Of a stretch of DNA of 64,000 bases, positions 25,856 to 38,129 are shown in pieces; the first letter of the stretch is position 1; each line of letters opens with the position of its first letter. A program made the translations under genes and the position numbers. The stretch is from Hemiscyllium ocellatum. Its lineage: Eukaryota. The notes beneath the pieces are model-generated. The model did no database searches and had not been told where the DNA came from. It worked only from the letters and a program-made list of their open reading frames with translations. The stretch is taken from positions 248,001 through 312,000 of the forward strand of contig NW_026867453.1 in assembly GCF_020745735.1 (NCBI RefSeq), given 5' to 3'.

Positions 25856-25904
25856 ATGATTGTGTCGACAATTTTTCTCAGTTTATTACTGACTTTCTTA
25901 TCAT
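25856..25904 (+). CDS. IGHV: IgM VH leader exon (MIVSTIFLSLLLTFLS)
   Basis: ATG, hydrophobic signal peptide, phase-1 donor GTGAGT at 25905. Confidence 0.93.
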
Positions 25905-26009
25905 GTGAGTGTTTTTTTGTTTAAGTCTGTCTTTGTTGCTGTCTCAATGTTAGTCTACCTCAGGAATGTAAAAGTAATGCTCATGGTTTATTTCTTGTCT
26001 TTTTTAAAG

Positions 26010-26314
26010 GTGTCCAGTCGGAGGTTGTTTTGACCCAGCCAGAGGCAGAGACTGGCCATCCCGGAAGCAGCCTGACACTGACCTGTAAAACCAGCGGGTT
26101 CGATCTCAGCAGCAGCTACATGAGCTGGGTCCGCCAGGTTCCCGGCCAGGGTCTGGAGTGGCTGGTTAGCTACTATAGTTCATCCAGCAATAACTATGCA
26201 CCAGCGATTCAGGGTCGATTTACTGCGTCCAAAGACAATTCAAACAACATTTTCTCGTTGAAAATGACTAACCTGAAGATCGAAGACACCGCCATCTATT
26301 ACTGTGCAAGAGAC
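26010..26314 (+). CDS. IGHV: VH exon, germline and open ([12 protein letters not shown]...YYCARD)
   Basis: Acceptor TTTTTAAAG; conserved Cys, WVRQ, LEW, GRFT and [10 protein letters not shown] motifs. Confidence 0.97.
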
Positions 26315-26353
26315 CACAGCGAGAGGAACCAGGGCTGAACCCGTTCAAAAACA
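26315..26353 (+). other. VH 3' recombination signal, 23-bp spacer
   Basis: CACAGCG + 23 bp + TCAAAAACA. Confidence 0.9.
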
Positions 26354-26701
26354 GCTCGAGGGAACATTTTGTCAATTCCATCATAAACTGATGGTCAGTT
26401 TGAGTTTTAAATGCAATTATACCAACTGCGATCTGAAGCAGACCTCAGGCTGCCTCTTACAAAGCTATCAAAGAGGAAATGTACCATTGAAACTAGCAAA
26501 CTGGTGACACAATGGGACAATGTTTTAGGCATGTCATATGTACTGCTAACACTTCCATCAATTAAATGCTGGGACAAAATATATCTGACAGCTCAGGAAA
26601 TCACTGCTAATTGTTATGTCAACTATGGCATTCATTCTAAACATGATCAGTGCTAAATGGCTCTTTCAAATGAAAATTGAGACCTAGAGTAAAGAACAGA
26701 G

Positions 26702-26781
26702 AATGAGTGTACTGGTCTACATCATTGTGATACTACAGTGGGTCACAGTGCTGTGCACAGCGACATCCTCATACAATAACC
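26702..26781 (+). other. D1 segment (ATACTACAGTGGGT, 26730-26743) with 12-RSS and 22-RSS
   Basis: Weak 5' nonamer AATGAGTGT + 12 + CATTGTG; 3' CACAGTG + 22 + ACAATAACC. Confidence 0.9.
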
Positions 26782-27084
26782 ACTGACAAGGATTTATCTC
26801 AAATTGGTGATTTCTACCGTGGCAGGAGCGAGAAATAATGTGAGCTGCAATTTAAACACAATCCAGTCGTGCTAGTTTGTACAAATGTAGAATTGTTTTC
26901 TACCTTCTTCGTGTTGATTGTCAAGTTAAATGCAGACCAAACCTGGAAAAGTATTCCAAGCTTTCAAAATACAATGAATAGTAAAAGCTGAAATAATGCA
27001 CCAAATCATTTTTCGAGGAGTCTGAATCACTGCTTTCTAGGAAGTGAAGAAATTATTTGCATTTTACAGTTTACAGTCTGTCAT

Positions 27085-27155
27085 AGTATTTGACACAACG
27101 TGTCTCACAGTGATATAGCTGGGGTGACACTGCAATTATGATCAATACAAAAACC
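27085..27155 (+). other. D2 segment (ATATAGCTGGGGTGA, 27113-27127) with 12/12 RSS
   Basis: 5' AGTATTTGA + 12 + CACAGTG; 3' CACTGCA + 12 + ACAAAAACC. Confidence 0.88.
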
Positions 27156-27482
27156 TATTCAGCCTCCATTGTTTGAATCTAGTCAGTGATTACTTCTACA
27201 AACCGTCTTAACTTGCAGTTCGGTATTAGTTCTGTGGGGTTTTATGCCAGTATCACTATTTAATTTGTAAAAGTGTTGGGTAATTATTGATACACCAGTT
27301 GGGGATTTTGAGAATCAGCTGATGTGTTACTCTGTGAAGTATAAAACAGTATTAAAATTTATCAAGAATGATCAGAATTCACTCGCGCAATTATGTGATG
27401 AAGATTTATCGTGACTTTATTTTGCCTGTGGTTCTGAAAATTTAAAATGATGGTAGATTTTTGATTTGTTTTATGCAGAGCT

Positions 27483-27521
27483 AGTTATTGTGTGATCCAA
27501 TCCAGAGAATGTAACACTGTG
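27483..27521 (-). other. JH recombination signal, 23-bp spacer
   Basis: AGTTATTGT + 23 bp + CACTGTG immediately before the J coding sequence. Confidence 0.9.
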
Positions 27522-27569
27522 ACTATCTTGATGACTGGGGCCAAGGGACCATGGTGACAGTGACTTCAG
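27522..27569 (+). CDS. IGHJ: JH segment (YLDDWGQGTMVTVTS)
   Basis: WGXG motif; phase-1 donor GTAAGA at 27570. Confidence 0.96.
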
Positions 27570-28084
27570 GTAAGAACTTTGAACATTCTTAGTGACTTTT
27601 TAAAAACTTTCTATTCATGTGACTAATTTCTGAATTAAATGAAACTCAGATTCTGTGCTGAGTTTGGTTTGGTTCGGATTGATTTTTGTTCAGACTGATT
27701 ATAGACTTCAGTTAAGGCTCAGCAAATAGTTAAAATGGTGATGATGGAGTCATTTGCTCAGTGTATCTCTTTTTTTTTGATCAGATGGATATTCTATGTG
27801 GCTGGGTTACTTGAAACACCTAATGTCTCTTAATCAGTCAGCTATAAATAATGTTTAATGTCAGTGACACCCTGACTGTGAGTTTTATTATCAACAACAA
27901 ATGCTACGAATTCAAAGATGTTCAAGATATTACCAAACATGACTAAAATATGCTAAAATATCATTATTCATTTCTTGAATATATGTTCTTACCATGATTA
28001 TATTTTCTCATTTATTTTGTTAATTTTGTTGATGACAAGCAGGTTAGAAACTGTCATCAAAGTTTCTTGCGGTGCTATATTGCA

Positions 28085-28378
28085 TTCTGTTGATTAGATT
28101 CGGAGTTTGTTTTACTTGATTCTGTTGAATTGAGTTGATTGGATTTTGGCTTTGTTTTAGTTGATTCGGGTTGAACTGTGTTGATTGGATTCTGACTTTG
28201 TTTTTACTTGGTTTTGTTGAATTGTGTTGATTGACTTTTGAAATGGTTTTATTTGATTCTGTTGAATTGAATTGGTTGGATTCTGATTATGTTTCATTCA
28301 AATCTGTTGTTTTGAGTTGATTGGATTCTGATTTTATTTTCTTTGATTCTGTTGAATTGAGTTGATTGGATTCTTATT
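28085..28378. repeat. 45-bp T/G-rich minisatellite, ~6.5 copies
   Basis: Unit TTGATTCTGTTGAATTGAGTTGATTGGATT... starts at 28116, 28161, 28208, 28253, ~28298, 28343. Confidence 0.9.
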
Positions 28379-29986
28379 CAGTTTGTGAAATTGATCTGCG
28401 TTTTCATGCTTTCTGAGTTGGTGTTTTCTTTCTGGTGAGGAGATTGACTCTCTGGAATACTTTTCATTACCAATATTTGTGAAGTTCTTTTGTTTTTCAT
28501 GAATCATTTCTGCATTTGTTAAACTTATATGACACGTTTTTCTCCGCTTGATTGAAAACAGGACATCCATTTGTAACGGTCTGAAAAACAACTTAAGGCA
28601 GAAACCCAGATGTGTGAGAAATGAAAAAAAAATGAGTTTTTAATGGATTGACTTTTTTAAAAAAACTCCGTTCTAATTGTAAACGAACTGAATTTTGTTT
28701 TGAGTAGCCTCATTCAAAATAAAATTTGGGACCTAAATCTGAAACTGCAGAATTGATCAGATCACGTAATTGAAACTAACTTAAAATTATAATGTGGTAA
28801 TATTTGTCCATTCAGTAATTTTGTTTTGACCATGAGGTGATTAATCAATATATGCCTTCAACCCCACTCTACTGTGCGCTGCACAAGATTGTCATGATCA
28901 GGAAGGGTGTGCAGGTTAGAAATAAATTGAACTATTGCCAGAAACGTTACAGCTTTAAGTGTTAAGTCCCCTCAAAACAAGGTTGCTATTATGACCTGTT
29001 ATTTCTATTCAATTTAATCATTAGTTTGCTTGATTCTGAGCAGCTTTGTTAGACTTCAATTTGGTTTTATTTGTGAGGTGACATCATGTTCTTGGTTCTG
29101 TTGAAAATGTTTGCAGAGCTAGTTCTGCTGCAAACACACCGTGTTGTGATCTGGTGATCGTTGATCTGTTGAGGAGGGACTGTGCTTGGGTAACATTAAA
29201 TGTGTTATATTTGGGAAACCGTTTCTGGTTTCGACATTGTTTTTGCAATGTTAACACGGTTGGTGACAGTGAACTGCTCTTTCCTCATTCAATGCAATCA
29301 GCATGCGAGTTAAAATTTCATAAAGTCTATTATAAAGTGAAAGGCAAATCGCACAGGTTTTAGAAATGAAGGGAAAACAGATACCTTCAGGTGCTATTTT
29401 TACTTAAAATAAATAATTAAGGATTAATCTAATCCATGCTTTACAATCCAAATTCGAAACTCAACTATCTAGTTCAATCACAAAGTCTGTCTTTAAACAG
29501 TTTACAAGTCATAGAGAAATATAAATAGAATTTCAAAAGTCTAATGTTCTAATAGTTCTTGCTCTTGAGCAAAAATGCCATGACTGTGCTATAATTGATC
29601 AAGAAACACCTTTCAATTCCGCTGTACACTACATACATATTTTTCTGGCTGGAAAAGATCATTGGCAAAGACCATTTGGAAATTCTGCTCAATTCTATGT
29701 AGAACAGATCAGTTTCACTGCTTTGATCAGTTTCACATATAACTTGAGTTAATTAATTGTTATGTCCCTGATTAAACTGGATTTGCAGGATAAAAATAAA
29801 ACATTAACTGAATTATTTAACCTGCACAGTGCTTTAGGTGTTCCCAATCTGTGCATTTTAAATAAATAGTTACATTTTACAACAAAATATCAACTGAAGA
29901 GTCATTCTTCAGGAAACAACTGCTATAGTGAATTATGTGACCAACCAAATTTCGAATTAATTAAAGTAATCCACTCATGAACTCCA

Positions 29987-30325
29987 GGGCAGCATGGTGG
30001 CTCAGTGATTGGCATTGCTGCCTCACAGCGCCAGGGTCCCAAATTTGATTCCACCCTCGGGTGACTGCCTGTGTGGAGTTTGCACATTCTCCCTGTGTCT
30101 GTGTGGGTTTCCTTCGAGTGCTGTGGTTTCCTACCACAGTCCAAAAGATGTGCAGGTCAGGTGATTGTGCAGTTTAGCACAGCCATAGTGTTCAGGGATG
30201 TCTAGGTTAGGGTGCATTAGTCAAGGACAAATATAAATTAGGGGGAATGGGTCTGGGTGGGCGACTTACTGTTCAGAGGGTCAGTGTGGAATTGTTGGGC
30301 CAAATGGCCTGTTTCCATACTGTAG
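29987..30325 (+). mobile_element. tRNA-derived SINE (HE1-like)
   Basis: A-box GGTGGCTCAGTGA, B-box-like TTTGATTCC, shark SINE body and LINE-like 3' tail. Confidence 0.85.
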
Positions 30326-30571
30326 GAACTCTCCTCTTAAAACCATGGGAGTACTTGCTGCAAACGCAGAAAATTCATTTTACATCGATGTGTTCAGGCG
30401 TATGCAGAGTTCACAAATTTGCAGAAGACATGAACTAGAGGATAACAGAGCACATTGTTTATTCAAACACTGAAAATAGAGTAATATTTATTTTAATTAA
30501 TATACTTGATCGATTTATTGCAATGTAGCGATCTGAAGGAATCTGCTCACATTAGTTCAGTGTGACAATCA

Positions 30572-30872
30572 TTTAGATTAGATTTCCTGCAGTATGTATC
30601 AGGCCATTTGGCCCAACAAGTCCACACCGACCCTCTGAAGAGGAACCCATCCAGACCCATTCCCCTACCCTATATTTACCCCTGACTGATGCACCTAACA
30701 CTATAGACAATATAGCATGACCAGTTCACCTGACTTGCACATCTTTGGATTTTGGGAGGAAATCCACACAGACACAGGGGAGATTGTGTAAACTCCACAT
30801 AGGCCATCACCCGAGGCTGGAACCGAGCCTGGGTACCTGGATCTGTGAGGCAGCAGTGCCACATTTACTTAG
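30572..30872 (-). mobile_element. tRNA-derived SINE (HE1-like)
   Basis: Reverse complement of the same SINE family. Confidence 0.8.
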
Positions 30873-33578
30873 ACATCCGTTAAAGTGGGCAACTCCAGAC
30901 AGAAGCATGTTTTCAATTCATACCTTTTTCAACATTTTAGTTCATTACAAGCAGTTAACAAGAAAATAACCTTGCCCTAATTCCTTCAACAGAAATGCTT
31001 TCCACACTGGAATGCAGTATTGTTTATGCAGTGCATGCAAAATCTCCACAATTCGAGGAACGTTTTAAGAATATGTAAAAATAATTTAGAGAATAATCCA
31101 TTTCCTCCAGATCTGTGCTTTAATTGGCGATATTTCCCACCTCAATAATTTTGTTAAATACAATGACTTATTAAGTTTATGAACTCAGTGGTTATTTATG
31201 TTCATTGTGAACACATTCTCGTTCACATTAATCCACTGGTTAGTTCCTCTGATGAATATTCAATTACAGTGAATATATTTGACGTGAGGAGTTGAGCAAT
31301 GTATCCTCTGGGATTAAGTCTGTTGTACAGTTTGTTTCAGTGCTATCTCTGACTAACTTGTCCACGGTCCTGACCATTTATAAATTGTCCAGTTCGGATA
31401 CCTGAATCTCAGACAGTTCAATTTTATCTCGCGCTTCAAAACCACTTTTATCTGCCAGAAATACAATATTTGATTAGGTGCCTCAGAATTGAGAGCCCTG
31501 ACTAAGTTGTTCCAATCAGAACGAATGTTTCAGGAACAAAAGGCAGATAGCAAGAGTTTTGAAATTGGTTGTTGACAACAAGAGATATTTGATTGAGCGA
31601 GGCAGAGGGAAATATGCTGCATATTTTCTTTGTGCCTCAGTTATGCAGGAGATGTTTCGTGGCACAATGTAAAATCAGAATTTTTTTTGCATCTTATTAT
31701 TTGAAAACTTATTATCAGCTTTTAATGTTACTGGCAATGGTCTTATTACACTTCAAAACATTTTAATCTTTTTCAAACTAAGTAGACCGTCTGGTGCAGC
31801 AACATTCACAGGGGAAAGAGGAAGGGAGTTCGAGGTTGGAATCTCGTGACAGTGAATTGATGGCAATGCAATTCCTAGTTTTATTGCTCTGTAGTTCCCA
31901 TCGAGTTTGAACAATTTGGAGCAGCTGTCAAAGTATTCTTGGATAAATGTTGAAATGTTACTTTCATTGTACAAACATTCTGGAACAATCCCTGGTTGTT
32001 GGAAGGTGTTAATAACTAACATGGTTTATAAACTGTCGAAACAGGTGAGCTGTGTTCTCCGTGATAGTGTCGAGCTCATTGTGTTCAGGTCTGTTGTGAT
32101 GTTGTGGTAGGGTCCCTGATTCTGTGCCAGGTGGCCTGTGTTCACTTACAACCTGTTAGAGAGGTATGTAACACCATCTCTTATCAGGTTACTTCAGTAG
32201 AAGAAAGCAGATTGAGATGTTTGGGTGTTTGTTGGAATTCCACTCACAGAGGCCAGTGAAATCTATTCAATCGCTGTCCTGACTTGTGTCTCTTAGACAT
32301 TAAACAGAATTTTGGTGGTTAGCAGCTTTTTCCAGATCAATATTTGTTCACAAGCTTTTGGGCATCGCTAGATGGGGTTAATGGAGTAAGTGCTCAAAGA
32401 AATCCCAGCTTTTGACTTGCTGTTCTAACAATATCATTTATAAATAATCCCGAATGAAACATTTTCAAAGTATATTTGATGAGATTTTGCTTAGGCTGTT
32501 TTACTTTATATTAAACCAGTGCTGTAGCTGAATTTGATTGTTCAGTACTGTGGGGGTTTCCGTTGAATCCAACACTTGCAGCAGATGGTGATAGCTTTTC
32601 AGTTGGTCTTCCATTGCTATCTCAGACCATCCAGTACCTCTGCTAAGAATCCTTTTTCCAACAGGAGTCAAGCCAACGGAATCACTGTTTATCTCAACGG
32701 GTGTGAGCTCTTGTGCCAAAAACATGAAAACAATTTGGTGAAGAGGGGGTCTCTGGATGGGAAAGGTTAATCTTGCCTTCTCTCCACAGCAGCTGCTAGA
32801 CCTGCTGAGTTTCTTCAGATGTTTCTGTCTTTATTTTGGTTTTCTAGCATTTAAAGTTTGTTGTTTCATTGAAAAACGTTCTGTTCGATTAAACACGTTC
32901 TTCAGAGAAAAGATGCATTTGAACAAATTGCAAATGTTCAGAGATATTATTGAATTTGAGTGCCCTGATCTCGAGCTGTAGTTTCACAAGAAACTATTAT
33001 GAAGTAACAACACACTGCAGAGTGCAGTGGCTGCTGTAATTGGGTGGAAGTTATTTTGATCACTCAAATAGAGAATGTCAGTGATCCCGTTCCAAATAAT
33101 CAACAGAAGTTTTTTTTAAAGCATGTGTGAAACAATTAATTTATCGAACTATTTTAATAAAAAGTATTCACGGCCAGTGCTAGCTTAATGAATGACACAA
33201 TGATAGGAAGGTAGGAACAAGAGGAGGGCACTCAGCCCCTCTAGTTGTTCCCCCACTTACTTAGATCATGGTGCATCTGTGAGCTCAATCCACAGGTCTC
33301 CCTTTGGCTAAAGCTCTTTAACACCTTTGTTTAACAAGCAAAAACTATCCCAGATTTACTGATTCGACTGCCCATAACAAAGGGAGACACCATTTCTGAA
33401 AGACATTCCTGTGAGTACTGTGACACAATGAGGCTGGGATTAATTGCTCATGAAAGTAAACTTTAAATATCTGACAATTTCCAATATAAACATCCCAATC
33501 ATCATATTTCATTAATTTAACACTATACTTCCCTGGAATCAAGAAATATAATGTGTGATTGCCTTGCTAATAATGAGG

Positions 33579-33779
33579 AGAAAGTGAGGACTGCAGATGC
33601 TGGAGATCAGAGCTGAAAATGTGTTGCTGGAAAAGCACAGCAGGTCAGGCAGCATCCAAGGAGCAGGAGAATCGACGTTTCGGGCATGAGCCCTTCTTCA
33701 GGAAGGGCTCCTTGGATGCTGCCTGCTCCTTGGATGCTGCCTGACCTGCTGCGCTTTTCCAGCAATACATTTTCAGCAG
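33579..33779. mobile_element. Fold-back PLE family-1 insertion in the J-C intron, with an intact minus-strand hammerhead core (33671-33704)
   Basis: ~57-bp inverted arms; duplication TTGCTAATAATGAGG (33564-33578) and TTGCTAAAAATGAGG (33780-33794). Confidence 0.85.
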
Positions 33780-33878
33780 TTGCTAAAAATGAGGGAAGCT
33801 TCATTCCTATTATATGATTAAGAAATAGCTCTGTTCATTCAGTGAAAACACAGTCAAATCACTCAAAAGGAAACCATG

Positions 33879-34082
33879 ATTTGGAGATGCTGGTGTTGGA
33901 CTGGGGTGTACAAAGTTAAAAATCACACAACCCCAGGTTATAGTCCAACAGGTTTAATTGGAAGCACACTAGCTTTTGGAGTGACGCTCCTTTATCAGGT
34001 GATAGTGGAGCGTCACTCCGAAAGCTAGTTTTCTTCCAATTAAACCTGTTGGACTATAACTTGGTGTTGTGTGATTTTTAAA
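33879..34082. mobile_element. Fold-back PLE family-2 insertion in the J-C intron
   Basis: ~75-bp inverted arms related to 2713-2810; duplication AAAAGGAAACCATG (33865-33878) and AAAAGGAAATCATG (34083-34096). Confidence 0.8.
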
Positions 34083-34959
34083 AAAAGGAAATCATGTCAT
34101 CTTGTGTAGACACACAAGTGCCTCAAATAATTTTCAATTCTTCTAGTGGTTGTTTGAATCTCTAGACAGGTGTGGAAGTGTCAAACTTTTTATATCGCCT
34201 TGAGAAACAAGTTGTCATCAGTCTATTTGAATTGCTGAAGTTTGTGTGGTATTAGCATATTCACAGCGCTGTTAGGAAGTGAGTCCCATGGCTGTGATTG
34301 AGGAAGAGGAAACGGGCAGGGAAATAGTTGAGAGTTAAGTTGAAGTCTGATATGGAGGAAAGCTTCACATGCATGTGTGCCCTTATCCTCAAGGATCACA
34401 ATTTTGGAATATGCTGCCGAAGGGACATGTCAGCATGCAAAATGGAAGCTGAAGAAGGCATCTCGGCCTCTCTAGAAGGCTATTCCATTCATGGGATCAT
34501 CATTAATCTTGCTGCTCATCAATCTTCCCAACACACTGATAACATTGAACCTGATTGTTTACTGTTCAACACAAGAATGGTGAATTCGTTTGGAATTCTC
34601 CACCACAGAAATTCATAGATTCAAGACTCATAGATTCTTGAAAGCGTTGTCTCAAGTACCTAGTGTGTTGAAGGTGTTTGGCGCACGTACCTTCATTGGT
34701 CAGAGCACTGAGTGCAGGAGTTAGGGCTTCATGTTGTAATTGTCCAAAACATTGGAATGAACTGCCAGAGGAAGTGGTAAATGCAGAGCTAGGTCCCACA
34801 TTGAGAAGACATTTGAACAGCTACAGGAACTGGATAGGTCTGGATGGAAATGGGCCAAAGGCAGGCAAGTGGAATGAGTTTAATTTGGGAACTCTGGTCA
34901 GCATGGATGGGCTGGACCAAGGGAACTGTTTCGGTGCTGTACGACTTTATGTCTCACTG

Positions 34960-35570
34960 ACTTTATGGTGGATAGGCTCAAAGTTGGAAGGTGGTGAGCA
35001 AGTGAGGGGCGAGATTGGGCATGTGGGAGAGTTTGGGCTGGTAGGCTGGCTGCTGGGTAAGCTTGCGTGCACTCTGTCTGGCAAGGTGGCATCAAGGGAA
35101 ATGGTAATGGTCACAGGATAATTTGGTCCAATTGTGCTTGGTAGGTGAGGGGTAGTTTGAGCTGAAATGCAGGAGGTCTGTCTTTGCCAGGCTGGTTTAT
35201 GGAGAGGTGGGCAGGATGCCAGGCTGGTTAGTGTAGAGATGGGCAGGGTGCCAGGATGTTTCAGGGGGTGGAAGGTCACTGTAATGAAGTGACAGGTGGA
35301 CGTGTTGTCAAAATGCAAAGCTCAGAGTCTGGCAAAATGGTAGGTTGTAAAGCACAGATGCCAAAGGAGCTAGGATGCAATGTGCACAGGTTGTCTTGGG
35401 TAAGATGAGAGGTCAGTGATCAAGGGCTGAGGTCATGTCTTGGGTAGTGGGCTTTTGTCAGAGGTTGTGGAAATGATGGTGTCAGGTCCAGTCAGGGCCA
35501 GGTTCACCATGGACCAGGTACAGGGCGGCAGGAGTGTAAATGAGTGAAAGGAGTTGAGATCATATGTCCA
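34960..35570 (+). repeat. G-rich low-complexity block in the J-C intron (resumes at 36250-36420 after a LINE insertion)
   Basis: 34981-35040 has 30 G versus 4 C in 60 nt; recurring GGCAGG and CCAGGCTGG words. Confidence 0.65.
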
Positions 35571-37076
35571 TCTGGAATATAGAATATAGAACATTACTGT
35601 GCAGTACAGGCCCTTCAGCCCTCGATGATTCCACAGGTCAGTGTAAAAATCTGAAGCCTATCTATCCTACACTATTCCATTTTCATCCATATGTTTATCC
35701 AATGACCTTTTAAATGCCCTTAAAGTGGGCGAGTGTACTATTGTTGCAGGCAGTGCGTTCCATGCCCCTACCACTCTCTGAGTTAAGAAACAACCTCTGA
35801 CATCTGTCATCTATGTCTTCTCCTGCTAGCCATCACTATTCAAGGAAAAAGACTTTCACTGTCCACCCTCTGTTTATCTTTTATGTCTCAATTAAGTCAA
35901 CCTTCTTCTCTCAAACAAAAACAGCCTCAAGACCCTCATCCTTTCCTCATTAAACCTTCCCGCCATACCAAACAACATCCTGGTAAACCTCCTCTGAACT
36001 CTTCCAAAGCTTCCACATTCTCTCTATAATGTGGCGACCAGAACAGTACACAATACTCCAAGTGCAGCCACACCAGAGTTTTGTACAGCTGCAACCTAAC
36101 CTAGTGGTTCTGAAACTCAGTCCCTCTATCGATGAAAGCCAGCACAAAGTATGCCTTCTTAACAACTCTATCAAACTGGCTGGCAACTTTTAGGGATCTG
36201 TGTACATGGGCACCGAGATCTCTCTGCTCAGCTACACTGTCAATATGGATTGCCTTGGATGTGTTTTGTGTGATAGGGGGTTGTGTGTTCCGGGCATGAA
36301 TGGGTGTATAGCAGGGTGGGGTTTGTCAATGTGAGTGGAAATTTAGGTCTAGGCAGAGTAAGTGCAGTGGTTAGTCTGAGAGATGAGGTTTGGTGGTGAA
36401 CTGCGTATCAGTTTGATAGTTATTAAAGTTAAAGATTACTTGTTCATTTCTCAAATCATATTTACATAAATACTCAGCTGTAACACTCCAAAGTCTCTGA
36501 ACTTTAATGGTCCTCCATTTTTCAGAGGCCTCCAGAATTCAGATAATTGTAAATTAGATGTTTCAACTTCCAGCCAATTGGCCTGAGTTCAGCCGTGGCA
36601 GCCATCCTCCCCGTCCCAGTGCTCAGCTCCTGCCTGTGCTGCTGCTGCTGCTGCAGTGACCTTCCTCCCAGAGAGTCTTGCATTGATAAGTGAGGAACGC
36701 TCACTGGACCTGATTTCCAAGTATGGGGATGGCAAACACGAGGGGACACAACTTTAAAGTGAGGAGAGATAGGTATAAGACAGATAGCAGAGGTAGTTTC
36801 TTTACTCATTGAGTAGTAAGGGTATGGAGTGCTTTGCCTGCAATGGTGGTAGATTCGCCAAGTTTAAGTACATTTAATTTGTCATTGGACAGGCCTATGC
36901 ATGTACATGGAATAGTGTAGGTGGGATGGGCTTCATATTAGTATGTCAGGGCAGCGCAACATCGAGGGCCGAAGGGCCTGCACTGCACTGTGATGTTCTA
37001 TGTTCTATGATTCACTCTGATTTCTCTCCAGGGGTACAGCCAGTTGTTGGGTATTTCCAGCAGCATGGTACCTAGT

Positions 37077-37390
37077 GGAGCGGCACGCTGGTTCCATGGT
37101 TAGCGCTGCTGCCTCACAGTGCTCGGGACTCGGGTTCCATTCCAGCCTCGGGTAACTGTCTGTGTGGAGTTGGCACTTTCTCCCCATATCTGTGTGCATT
37201 TCCTCCCACAGTCCAAATCTGTACAAGCTGGGGAAATTGCAAATGTTGTGTTCAGTGATTGGGAGGTTAGATGCTTTAGTCAGGGTTAACCGTAGCATAA
37301 TAGGGTAGAGGAATGGGTCTGGATGCGTTTCTTTTCAGAGGGTGGGTGTGGACTTGTTGGGCCAAATGGCCTGTTTGCACACACTGTAGA
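37077..37390 (+). mobile_element. tRNA-derived SINE (HE1-like)
   Basis: tRNA-like head ...GGTTAGCGCTGCTGCC...GGTTCCATTCC and the family body. Confidence 0.85.
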
Positions 37391-37739
37391 ATTTCGATGA
37401 ATCTGCATTTCCTTGGTTTGTATTTTGTGAAACTTCTCTGCTCTTCACAGCAATCCAATGAAAGTGTCAATTGGTGAGATCTTCAAACAGTTACTGGGGT
37501 GGGATCAGGATGTTCTTCTTCCTAAATTATATGGCAATGGTCAAGGTCGAGGGCATGTTTCTCAAGAGGGAACCAATGATCATGATCAGCAACTGATAGG
37601 AAACAAAAATAAACTCCAGTTATGCTGTAGACTTCAGCGGGAGCATACTGGCAAACGGTTACAGCTGAGGATACATTTGAGTAACTGATAAGGTCAAATT
37701 AACAGAAACTAACATGCTCAATTGGTCATTCTATTGTAG

Positions 37740-38048
37740 AGGCACCATCTTCCCCCACGCTTTATGGCCTGGTCTCCTCCTGTGAGGAGCACAGCACCGA
37801 TTCGACAATCTTTGGTTGTTTGGTGATGGACTATTCCCCAGACGTCACCAAGGTAACCTGGAAGAAAGGTGGGGTGCTAATCACGAATGGTGGATTGAAG
37901 ACTTACCCATCAGTGAGAAACAAGAAGGGAACCTACACCCTGAGCAGCCAGTTAACCCTGCCCGGGTCAGCGGTAGATTGCCCCAGCAAAATCTACTGTG
38001 AGGTTCAACACAGCGGGTCACACAAGAGCAAAGAAATGCCATGTCCAG
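37740..38048 (+). CDS. IGHM: IgM CH1 exon ([15 protein letters not shown]...KEMPCP)
   Basis: 309 bp, phase 1/1, AG...GT; C1-set Cys/Trp/Cys plus an N-terminal Cys at the light-chain-bond position. Confidence 0.96.
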
Positions 38049-38129
38049 GTACGTATTGTGGGAACTGAGATAAACAGAGCATCTGGCATTAATATGAATA
38101 AGGCATTATTTATAACCATTTTCACAGAA

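Noticed and set aside
26756-26781. Cryptic CACAGCG heptamer inside the D1 3' spacer
   Set aside because: It lies 10 bp from the nonamer, outside the 12 +/- 1 rule
29111-29143. Possible second or pseudo JH (shares TGCAGAGCTAGTT with the JH RSS flank, followed by CACCGTG)
   Set aside because: The spacer is only ~7 bp and no WGXG coding sequence or donor follows
31610-31626. Perfect 8-bp inverted repeat AAATATGC-T-GCATATTT in the J-C intron
   Set aside because: Too short to distinguish from chance in 64 kb
34678-35318. Overlapping ORFs in the G-rich block
   Set aside because: Stop-poor low-complexity and LINE 3' sequence with no domain signature
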